From: Candidatus Levyibacteriota bacterium
GTDB taxonomy: Bacteria > Patescibacteriota > Microgenomatia > Levybacterales > UBA12049
Direction of reading: 5' to 3'
DNA: 64,000 bases
Assembly: GCA_018061075.1 (NCBI GenBank)
Contig: JAGOUW010000002.1
Span: forward strand, 38,944-102,943
Positions 42,373 through 50,474 of the stretch are shown piece by piece. The notes under the pieces were generated by a model, which was not told the origin of the DNA, made no database searches, and saw nothing but the letters and a program-made list of their open reading frames with translations. The translations under genes were made by a program, and so were the position numbers. Within the stretch, counting starts at the first letter, position 1. Each line of letters opens with the position of its first letter.

Positions 42373-45345
42373 ATGAAGTTTTTATTTTTAAATATTTTTA
42401 AAAGCTTTAGGTCTCAAAATGGTCAATCTTTAGTAGAGCTTCTAATTGCAATTGGACTCGCAACTCTTATTCTTCCGGCGCTACTAACAGGACTTTCCGC
42501 TGGAAGAGGGGGAAGAGCCCAGCAGGAGCAAAGACTTGAGGCTTCAGCTTATTTAAAACAAACTCAGGAAGCTGTAAGAAGTATCGCACAGAGGGGTTGG
42601 TCAAATATTGAGACAAACGGAATATATCATTCTGTTGTATCTGGAGGGCAGTTTGTATTAGCAAATGGTGCTCAATCAATTGATGGATATTCAATTAGTA
42701 TAGTGGTAGGTGACACTTATAGAGATGGCGCTGGTGCAATTACTTCAAGTGGGGGAACGATTGATTCCTCGACGAAAAAAGTAATTACGAATGTTTCCTG
42801 GAATACACCATTTGTTTCAACAGTGAGTACAACTTCTTATTACACTCGTCATAAGAATCAAGTATATAACGAAACAACGCAGTCGCAGTTTAGCGTGGGA
42901 ACTTTTGATAATATGCAAGCGACCAATGTGACAGGAGGAGAATTAAAATTAATTAATAACAATAAAGCGAAATGGTGTTCTCCGGCATTTTCTACAGCAA
43001 CTATTGATCTCCCTGACGGCCCACCGGTAGCTGTGGCTGCTACTGCGAACTCAACGACAAGCGTCCCCAACGACGTATATGTTGCAACTGCACCTACAAC
43101 ATCTAACTCTATAAAAATGGCTTACATAAACGTTACGGCTGATACGGCAGTACCTACTGCAACACTTCGCGGGAAATTCACCGTTAATTCGTCTGAGTTT
43201 TCCCCAGGATATTCGCCATCAGGAGGGACAGGGCTTGATAATAATTTTAAGACAACAGACGTAAAATATTATAAATCTTCAGGAAATAATACATATGCAC
43301 TTCTTGGAACAAATTTACCAAATAAAGAAGTAATTGCGGTTTTAGTAAACGATGATAATCCAGCAAATGATGAGACGTCGGCTGGGGAATTTGAAGATCC
43401 AGTTAATAATATTTATAAATATAAAACTTTTTTTAATACTAAAATTCATGCTAATTATGCAGCAAGTGCTAATACTGGATTGCTTACACCAGCCTCAAAT
43501 GCAACTGAAGTTGGTGGGGACGGGGATGGGTTTGCATCGAATCCTACAAGAGCATATACGGATAACAATTCTTTCGCAGTGGATACAAACAGCGGAAATG
43601 GAACTGGGGTAGATTGTACCGGAGCAGATAAGGACAAGCATAGATTTTATAACTATGACATTGATGTTCCTCCTGGAGCAAACATAGACGGAATAGAGGT
43701 TAGGCTCGACGCAAGAGTGGATAATGCTGCAGGCGCCCCACGTATGTGCGCCCAGATTTCGTGGGATGGAGGGACTACATGGACCACTGCAAAGACTACA
43801 AATAACTTAACTACAAGTGAAGCAACGTATACTCTTGGTGGAGCTGCAGATACCTGGGATAGAAGCTGGACTGATACTGATTTTACAAATTCTAACTTTA
43901 GACTAAGAGTTATAAATATTGCTTCCGATATAAATCGTGATTTTTCTCTTGATTGGGCAGCAGTAAGAGTAAGTTACACAAATAACAACTTTGATCAATC
44001 ACCATTTGGGTATGGGGCAACTACAATTGCGGTTCTTGAAGACAGAGGCTATATGGCTTCAGGAGGATATTTATACAGTTTTGATTTAAGTAATATCGAT
44101 AGTAAATCTTCTGGGAGCGGATTAGATATGTTAGGATGCAGAATTGAGCTTAGTGGTTACGAATGTAGTCCGAGTACGGCTGCAAAATATGGATCTGGTG
44201 CTACTGGATCCAATTGGAGCACTACTTCACCGATTCATCCTGATTGTTCTGACGGAGGAAATATAGAGCTAAATGCGACGAATGATATTTTCCCAGTAAA
44301 AGTAGGTTCTAATACATATGTCTATGTGGCAGTGGGGGGAGTTACAGATCGTGAATTTGAAATAGTTGATGCTACTAGTATCCCAACCACAACAAGTACT
44401 CCGGCGATAAGCAGTAATACTTGCGGTAGACTTTCTGGTGGTAATTCATCCTGGAAAACAATAAGCGGTCTTGATTTTAATTCACAATCAGGGACTGAGG
44501 AGGCTGCTAATTCTGTATTTGCTAAAGCTGATGGAACGCGTGCGTATATTTCTTCAAACGGAGGTATTGATGGAAACGATAATGGTGTTCCTGATAGTAA
44601 GCAATTTTATATTATTAATACTTCTACGAAAACTGCTCCTGTATTTTTGTCAGGAACTTCTGGTACCCCATCGTATGGACCAACAAGCGGGTTTTATTAT
44701 GGGACTGGGGCAAATGCGCAGCTTTATCCAAGGAGGTCTCTTACTGTTTTGAATGGGGAAAGGGTGGTTTTAGTGGGAAGTGATGGGACCGCGGACTCAA
44801 ATAATTCTGAGGAGTATCAGGTGTTAGATAGTTCAACGGAAGCATCTCCTAATTATTGTGCAGGTATAAATTTCGATCAAGGATTTAATGATTTGACTTC
44901 TGTTTCAGAAGCGGACAGTGATAACTTCGTATATATGGTTGCAAATACTACATTAAATGAACTTAAGATTATTGAGGGTGGACCTGATGACGCAGTTTTT
45001 GTTTCAACTGGATCATATACTTCTGCACCATTTGATGCTGCATCAGAATCCATGTTTAATAGATTTTTTACAACCACCAATGTTCCTTCGCAAACTACTC
45101 TTAATTTCCAGGTTGCAGTAGCAGACTCTGTTAGCGGAAGCTGCACTAATGCTAATTATGTATATGTGGGCCCAGATGGTACCGATGGAACATTCTTTAC
45201 TTCGTCCGCAGAGCTGCCTAAGAATTCTGATGGGTCAGGATTTGAAAATGCTGGAAGATGTATGAGGTATAAGGTTTATATGACATCCAGCGATCAGCTC
45301 CAAACGCCTACGGTTTTTGATTTTGGAGTTAACTATTCCCCATGA
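42373..45345 (+). CDS. Giant (990 aa) pseudopilin-like protein, candidate pilus-tip adhesin
   Basis: N-terminal RSQNG/QSLVELLIAIGLATLIL prepilin motif, followed by about 950 aa of Thr/Ser/Asn/Gly-rich sequence. This includes a single Asp-box (SWDGGTTW) inside a beta-sandwich-looking module. Confidence 0.8.
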   Translation: MKFLFLNIFKSFRSQNGQSLVELLIAIGLATLILPALLTGLSAGRGGRAQQEQRLEASAYLKQTQEAVRSIAQRGWSNIETNGIYHSVVSGGQFVLANGAQSIDGYSISIVVGDTYRDGAGAITSSGGTIDSSTKKVITNVSWNTPFVSTVSTTSYYTRHKNQVYNETTQSQFSVGTFDNMQATNVTGGELKLINNNKAKWCSPAFSTATIDLPDGPPVAVAATANSTTSVPNDVYVATAPTTSNSIKMAYINVTADTAVPTATLRGKFTVNSSEFSPGYSPSGGTGLDNNFKTTDVKYYKSSGNNTYALLGTNLPNKEVIAVLVNDDNPANDETSAGEFEDPVNNIYKYKTFFNTKIHANYAASANTGLLTPASNATEVGGDGDGFASNPTRAYTDNNSFAVDTNSGNGTGVDCTGADKDKHRFYNYDIDVPPGANIDGIEVRLDARVDNAAGAPRMCAQISWDGGTTWTTAKTTNNLTTSEATYTLGGAADTWDRSWTDTDFTNSNFRLRVINIASDINRDFSLDWAAVRVSYTNNNFDQSPFGYGATTIAVLEDRGYMASGGYLYSFDLSNIDSKSSGSGLDMLGCRIELSGYECSPSTAAKYGSGATGSNWSTTSPIHPDCSDGGNIELNATNDIFPVKVGSNTYVYVAVGGVTDREFEIVDATSIPTTTSTPAISSNTCGRLSGGNSSWKTISGLDFNSQSGTEEAANSVFAKADGTRAYISSNGGIDGNDNGVPDSKQFYIINTSTKTAPVFLSGTSGTPSYGPTSGFYYGTGANAQLYPRRSLTVLNGERVVLVGSDGTADSNNSEEYQVLDSSTEASPNYCAGINFDQGFNDLTSVSEADSDNFVYMVANTTLNELKIIEGGPDDAVFVSTGSYTSAPFDAASESMFNRFFTTTNVPSQTTLNFQVAVADSVSGSCTNANYVYVGPDGTDGTFFTSSAELPKNSDGSGFENAGRCMRYKVYMTSSDQLQTPTVFDFGVNYSP

Positions 45346-45842
45346 GAATTTTTAAAAACAAAAAAGGGTTTACGTTAGTCGAATTGCTATTATATATGGG
45401 AATTTTTAGTATTCTTTTGACGGTGACTCTTCAAATGTTTGGTTCTGTTTTCGAATTTCAATTAGAATCTCAAGCTGTTTCTTCGGTAGATGTCGATGGA
45501 AAATTTATTGTTAATAGATTTAACTATGATGTGAATAGAGCTTCGTCGATTACTTTGCCTGTCGCTCTTGGCGCGAATAATTCTTCGTTAACAATAGTAG
45601 TGAATAATCAGAGCTTAACGTATTCACTGAGTGACGGAGATATTAATCTAAATAATGCTTCCACTGGAACAACAGATCAGCTTAATAGTGCAGAAACTAC
45701 CGCTTCTGATCTCTCATTTACGAGACTTGAAGGGAGCGCGGGAAAAGATTTAATTCAAATGTCGTTTACTCTAACTTCTGAGGTAACCCAGAGAAAAGGT
45801 AAAGAAGTTAGGAGTTTTCAGACAACAGGAGGTTTAAGATGA
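45342..45842 (+). CDS. Pseudopilin (PulJ/PilW-like)
   Basis: KNKKG/FTLVELLLYMGIFSILL prepilin motif. Overlaps the upstream stop by 4 nt. Confidence 0.8.
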   Translation: MRIFKNKKGFTLVELLLYMGIFSILLTVTLQMFGSVFEFQLESQAVSSVDVDGKFIVNRFNYDVNRASSITLPVALGANNSSLTIVVNNQSLTYSLSDGDINLNNASTGTTDQLNSAETTASDLSFTRLEGSAGKDLIQMSFTLTSEVTQRKGKEVRSFQTTGGLR

Positions 45843-46207
45843 TTGGAAGTCAAAAAGGTCACGCATTAATTACTTTACTTTTTTTTATGGTTATTTCTCT
45901 TACTATTGTTACAGGTGTCACGATAGTAGTTTTAAATAATGCGTCCGCAACAAGTGAAGCTGAGCAGGGGACAATTGCATATTATGCTGCTGAAACCGGC
46001 GCTGAGAATGCACTCCTTAGATTAGTTAGGAACCCGAATTATGCGGGAGAAACGTTAAATATAGATGGTGGTTCTGTTGTAATCCAAGTCAATAATGGTA
46101 CTATTATTAGTACCGCTACTATATCTAGAGCAGTAAGAAAAATTCAAGTGGAGACAACAAATATCAACAATCAAATTAGTGTTACATCATGGAAAGAGAT
46201 AAATTAA
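45839..46207 (+). CDS. Pseudopilin-like protein lacking Glu+5 (PilX/GspK-like)
   Basis: GSQKG/HALITLLFFMVISLTIV has the prepilin-like leader and helix but Ile rather than Glu at +5, as in GspK/PilX-type minor pilins. Confidence 0.65.
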   Translation: MIGSQKGHALITLLFFMVISLTIVTGVTIVVLNNASATSEAEQGTIAYYAAETGAENALLRLVRNPNYAGETLNIDGGSVVIQVNNGTIISTATISRAVRKIQVETTNINNQISVTSWKEIN

Positions 46208-47031
46208 AAAAAGACATTCCAAAAAAACCTGCGGGCATTTTTTATCTTGAATCAAATCGTGGTTTTTTCTATGACCAAACTCTGCCTTCCCCTGTAGCAG
46301 TTGAATTTCCCCCAGATATTATTAGCGATCTAGAAGTTGTAAGTAAGAAGAAGCTTGAAATTGCCATCCAGGCATTTGTTGGAGCTTATAAGGTGGTTCC
46401 GAAAAGTATAATTATTTTGTTATCTCCAAATGTAACTTTTGATAAAGACTTTCCCCTTGGAACTGTCCAGATGGACAAAAATATACAAGAGTTTTTAGAT
46501 CTTGTTCCATTCCAAGAATATATTAGTAGGCAATCAAAATTTCCAGGAAAAACTAAGTTAGTTGCAGCGAACAGAGACTTAACGGATGCGCTTAAAGATT
46601 CATTTGTAAATATGGGATTTGCAGTAAGCGCTATAATTCCACTCTCTTTTTGTCTGGAGACCATCCCCCAGCTTAAAACAAATCTTGATTTAGCTCTGAT
46701 CTTAAATAAGGCGCCTGAGTTGAGAGGATTTAGCTTAACATCTGAAGTAATCATCTCAGAAGAAGCGCAAAAGAAAAAAGATACAAAAGATAGCAAGAAG
46801 CTTTACGGGATGATAGGAATTTTAGCAGTCCTCTTTTTGATTTTGTTTTTTGTAATTTATAAGTTTGTTCTAACTCCACCAAAACCACCAGCTGTTGTTC
46901 CGACAACAACAACGACAGCGCCTGTCCCAACTGTTTTTAAATCGTCTTCGATAACACCTGCTCAAATAAATTCTCAATCAAACATTTCAACAGAAAGTGC
47001 AACTAATCAAAATTTAACTGAAGCTAATTGA
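46189..47031 (+). CDS. Pilus-locus accessory protein: cytoplasmic domain + single TM + Pro/Thr-rich tail (possible PilM/PilN analogue)
   Basis: 280 aa with a hydrophobic helix LYGMIGILAVLFLILFFVIYKFVL near residue 205, then PPKPPAVVPTTTTTAPVP. The function is inferred only from its position between the minor and major pilin genes. Confidence 0.35.
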   Translation: MERDKLKKDIPKKPAGIFYLESNRGFFYDQTLPSPVAVEFPPDIISDLEVVSKKKLEIAIQAFVGAYKVVPKSIIILLSPNVTFDKDFPLGTVQMDKNIQEFLDLVPFQEYISRQSKFPGKTKLVAANRDLTDALKDSFVNMGFAVSAIIPLSFCLETIPQLKTNLDLALILNKAPELRGFSLTSEVIISEEAQKKKDTKDSKKLYGMIGILAVLFLILFFVIYKFVLTPPKPPAVVPTTTTTAPVPTVFKSSSITPAQINSQSNISTESATNQNLTEAN

Positions 47032-47048
47032 GGTCAAAAAATACCCTA

Positions 47049-47077
47049 TTGACAAGTCTTATTTTTTTATTCATATT
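47049..47077 (+). promoter_or_regulatory. Putative pilin promoter TTGACA-17-CATATT
   Basis: TTGACA at 47049-54, a 17-nt spacer, and CATATT at 47072-77. The pilin ATG starts 6 nt after the -10 element, and no SD is present. Confidence 0.3.
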
Positions 47078-47081
47078 AGAT

Positions 47082-48017
47082 ATATGACTATTAACTGCCC
47101 AAAGTTTTTAAAGAAAAATTCCGGATTTACATTAATCGAGCTTTTAGTTGTAATCGGAATTTTGGCTATCCTCCTTTCAATCGTTCTTATCGCTATTAAC
47201 CCAGCAAGACAATTCGGACAAGCAAACAACACAAAAAGAAGAAGTGATGTAACTCAGATCCTTAATGCTATCGGAGCATTTTCAGCAGACAACAAAGGTG
47301 TATTACCAGCAAATATTCCATTAACAACACCACAAGTAATTGGAGACGGTGTTGGTCAAGCAAATATCTGTGCTGATATCTTAACAACATACATCCCAGC
47401 TCTTCCAAGAGATCCACAGACACCAGGCGGAGACATAACAAGTTGCACAACTTACAGCACAAATTATACAGTAGTGAAGGATGCAAACAACAGAGTTACA
47501 GTTGCAGCTCCTGGTGCTGAAAACGGAGAGACAATCTCAATCTCAAGGTAAATAATATGACTATTAACTGCCCAAAGTTTTTAAAGAAAAATTCCGGATT
47601 TACATTAATCGAGCTTTTAGTTGTAATCGGAATTTTGGCTATCCTCCTTTCAATCGTTCTTATCGCTATTAACCCAGCAAGACAATTCGGACAAGCAAAC
47701 AACACAAAAAGAAGAAGTGATGTAACTCAGATCCTTAATGCTATCGGAGCATTTTCAGCAGACAACAAAGGTGTATTACCAGCAAATATTCCATTAACAA
47801 CACCACAAGTAATTGGAGACGGTGTTGGTCAAGCAAATATCTGTGCTGATATCTTAACAACATACATCCCAGCTCTTCCAAGAGATCCACAGACACCAGG
47901 CGGAGACATAACAAGTTGCACAACTTACAGCACAAATTATACAGTAGTGAAGGATGCAAACAACAGAGTTACAGTTGCAGCTCCTGGTGCTGAAAACGGA
48001 GAGACAATCTCAATCTC
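47082..48017 (+). repeat. Perfect tandem direct repeat, 463 nt x 2, period 473 nt (pilin gene duplication)
   Basis: By base-by-base visual comparison, 47082-47544 is identical to 47555-48017. The identical antisense ORFs in the track (47268-47486 and 47741-47959) corroborate this. Confidence 0.9.
47084..47551 (+). CDS. Type IV major pilin, copy 1
   Basis: 155 aa with leader MTINCPKFLKKNSG / FTLIELLVVIGILAILLSIVLIAI (G|FTLIE) and a two-Cys C-terminal domain. Confidence 0.9.
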   Translation: MTINCPKFLKKNSGFTLIELLVVIGILAILLSIVLIAINPARQFGQANNTKRRSDVTQILNAIGAFSADNKGVLPANIPLTTPQVIGDGVGQANICADILTTYIPALPRDPQTPGGDITSCTTYSTNYTVVKDANNRVTVAAPGAENGETISISR

Positions 48018-48024
48018 TCGATAA
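47557..48024 (+). CDS. Type IV major pilin, copy 2 (protein identical to copy 1)
   Basis: Same 155-aa translation. The DNA is identical to copy 1 except for the last two sense codons (TCT CGA versus TCA AGG, both Ser-Arg). Confidence 0.9.
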   Translation: MTINCPKFLKKNSGFTLIELLVVIGILAILLSIVLIAINPARQFGQANNTKRRSDVTQILNAIGAFSADNKGVLPANIPLTTPQVIGDGVGQANICADILTTYIPALPRDPQTPGGDITSCTTYSTNYTVVKDANNRVTVAAPGAENGETISISR

Positions 48025-48038
48025 TCTACCAGCACAAA

Positions 48039-48260
48039 ATGGCTAAGAAAAAATCTCCACATCACGAAAAAAATATTACTGCGCTTAATGGATTCGTATC
48101 ATTTTTAGTTTTGGTATTAGCTTTTTCACTTCTTTTACTTTTTAAAGAGTATAAAGAGGCAATTTTTAATTCTGGAAATTTCAATCTGTTTATGCTTCTC
48201 GCAGTTAGCGGTTTTGCACTTTTAATAACTCTTTTATTCCTCATAAATAAAAAGAAATAA
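48039..48260 (+). CDS. Small membrane protein, 73 aa, two predicted TM helices
   Basis: MAKKKSPHHEK... followed by two hydrophobic stretches (FVSFLVLVLAFSLLLLF; LFMLLAVSGFALLITLLFLI). Lies directly downstream of the pilin genes. No family recognised. Confidence 0.5.
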   Translation: MAKKKSPHHEKNITALNGFVSFLVLVLAFSLLLLFKEYKEAIFNSGNFNLFMLLAVSGFALLITLLFLINKKK

Positions 48261-48304
48261 AGTCTTCGTTAAATTTTTCTGAAATTTGTTATCATATAGT
48301 ATCT

Positions 48305-49762
48305 GTGTTTAAGAGGCCTTCATTTTTAATAATTACTGCCTTAATCTCAATCATTTTTTTTGCTCTAATTGCATTTGACTTCTCACCGTATTTAAGAGGA
48401 CCCGCTCCTTACCCACCTGACTGGAGATGGCCCTATGAGCCCATAAATACTCTTTCTCGAATTTGGGCTCCTTTAGGTGTAATTGCGTTAATTATCTTAA
48501 TATTCAAAAAAAAGGAGAATAAAAATTTAAAATCTAGGAATTACAAAACTATGTTAGTGTTTGTAATTCTCTCTTTCTTGCTTCAAATAAGTCTTCTTTA
48601 TTATAGTAGGTCAGGCGTTGAAGTATTGGTTCATAGGACTATAAACCCTATGATAAGTGGATATTTCTCGGTTTCTAATCAGATCTTTGATTTAGGCAGC
48701 TTTCTAAGAAATTATAATCAAAGTCTTTATGATTATCCGATGTATGCAAGATTTCATCCACCCGGCGGAGTTTTGTTTTATTATTTACTAGAATTTATTT
48801 TAAAACCTTTTTCTCATTTATTCGCTAATATATTGTCCGTTAATCCCACTCATTCTGATGTTGCTCTTTTATGGAATAGTTTAGAGATGTATCAAAAATT
48901 TAATGCTCTGGTATCTGGATTTGTCGTAGCGTTTATAGCGAGTTTATCAATAATCCCAATATATTTATCGTCGAGAATCTTATACGGAGAAAAAGCAGCA
49001 ATTAGAAGCAGCGTGTTGTTTATTTTTGTTCCGAGTCTTCTTTTGTTTACGCCTCTTATTGATGTCTTTATGCCTTTATTTACATGTACATCTTTGTATT
49101 TATATCTAAAAGGAAATCAAACAAAGAATTATTTATATTACTTTTTTGCAGGTTTAATACTATTTCTTGGCGCATTTTTTACCTTAACCTTTATACCCCT
49201 TCTGTTTTTCTTTTCATTGTTGTTCCTTATCAAGTTTATTCAAGATAAAGAGGATTTGAAAACAGTTATAGGAAATTTTATTTCTTTTTCATCTGGTTTT
49301 TTATTGATTCCATTTCTTTTATTTTTTTCAGGATTTAATTTTATAGACACAGTAAGAACAATTATGATTTATCATGAAGCTGCTCAAGCGGGTAGAGAGC
49401 ATCTAACTTGGTATTTTTATAATCTTTATGACTTTATTCTTTTTGCAGGAATTCCAGTTGGAATAATGTTTGCATATCTAATGTTTGATTCTGTAAAAAC
49501 ATTTAGAAAAACAAAAAGTTTAAAAAAGATTGACTATGTTTTCTTATCATTTATTATCATGCTCCTTGCAGTTAATTTTAGCGGTACTGTGAGGGCCGAG
49601 ACGGGTCGAATATGGCTGCCATTTGTACCACTCCTAATAATTGTTGTTGCAAATTTTGTCACAAATAAATTAAAATTTACAAGTCAGCAATTTATCCTGC
49701 TCCTTTTGCTGCAAGCAACACAGGTTCTGATTTTCCAATCAGTTCTCGTAGCCGTTTGGTAA
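48305..49762 (+). CDS. Polytopic membrane protein, probable GT-C-type (PMT/ArnT-like) glycosyltransferase
   Basis: 485 aa with a GTG start and more than 10 hydrophobic segments separated by loops. Followed by a Dpm1-like GT2 gene. The fold assignment is an inference from topology and context. Confidence 0.4.
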   Translation: MFKRPSFLIITALISIIFFALIAFDFSPYLRGPAPYPPDWRWPYEPINTLSRIWAPLGVIALIILIFKKKENKNLKSRNYKTMLVFVILSFLLQISLLYYSRSGVEVLVHRTINPMISGYFSVSNQIFDLGSFLRNYNQSLYDYPMYARFHPPGGVLFYYLLEFILKPFSHLFANILSVNPTHSDVALLWNSLEMYQKFNALVSGFVVAFIASLSIIPIYLSSRILYGEKAAIRSSVLFIFVPSLLLFTPLIDVFMPLFTCTSLYLYLKGNQTKNYLYYFFAGLILFLGAFFTLTFIPLLFFFSLLFLIKFIQDKEDLKTVIGNFISFSSGFLLIPFLLFFSGFNFIDTVRTIMIYHEAAQAGREHLTWYFYNLYDFILFAGIPVGIMFAYLMFDSVKTFRKTKSLKKIDYVFLSFIIMLLAVNFSGTVRAETGRIWLPFVPLLIIVVANFVTNKLKFTSQQFILLLLLQATQVLIFQSVLVAVW

Positions 49763-49765
49763 TGA

Positions 49766-50473
49766 ATGTATAAAAATAAGAAAATTTCAGTAGTTTTTCC
49801 TGCATATAATGAAGAAGAAAACATTGCGGCTGCAATTCTAGATTTTAGAAAATTAAAAATTATCGATGAAATATTAGTAATTGATAATAATTCTAAAGAT
49901 AAAACAAATAAGATTGCTAAATCAAAAAAGGCAAAAGTCATAAAAGAGACAAAACAAGGATATGGATATGCACTAAGAAAAGGTTTAAGAGAGGCGAAAG
50001 GAGACTTGATAGTTCTTTGTGAACCGGACGGAACCTTTTTAGCAAAAGATTTGCTAAGGCTTTTAAGGTACACAGAAAAATATGATCTTGTAATGGGCAC
50101 GAGAACAAACAAACAGTATGTTGGAAAAAATGCCAACATGAAAGGAGCATTAAGATTAGGAAATGTATTGCTCGCGAAAATTATGCAGGTGATTTATAGA
50201 CCATTCGTGTCATTAACGGATTGCGGATGCACTTTCAGGGTAATTAATAAAAAATCTTTAAAATTGATATATCCTAAATTTAGCGTTGGTGGTTCATTTT
50301 TTCTTTCTGAGTTTACTGTTTTGTCTTTGAAAAACAGGTTATCGGTTAAAGAAATCCCAGTTCATTATAGAGAAAGGGTAGGAGAGTCAAAAATTACAGG
50401 ATCGTTAAAAAAATCTGTAATTGTCGGAATACAAATGTTTAAAATCATTCTTTCCTATAGATTCGTAAATTAA
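49766..50473 (+). CDS. Family-2 glycosyltransferase, polyprenol-phosphate sugar synthase type (Dpm1/GtrB/ArnC-like)
   Basis: ISVVFPAYNEEENI, VIDNNSKDKT and LCEPDGTF motifs. Short soluble GT-A domain of 235 aa. Confidence 0.8.
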   Translation: MYKNKKISVVFPAYNEEENIAAAILDFRKLKIIDEILVIDNNSKDKTNKIAKSKKAKVIKETKQGYGYALRKGLREAKGDLIVLCEPDGTFLAKDLLRLLRYTEKYDLVMGTRTNKQYVGKNANMKGALRLGNVLLAKIMQVIYRPFVSLTDCGCTFRVINKKSLKLIYPKFSVGGSFFLSEFTVLSLKNRLSVKEIPVHYRERVGESKITGSLKKSVIVGIQMFKIILSYRFVN

Positions 50474-50474
50474 T

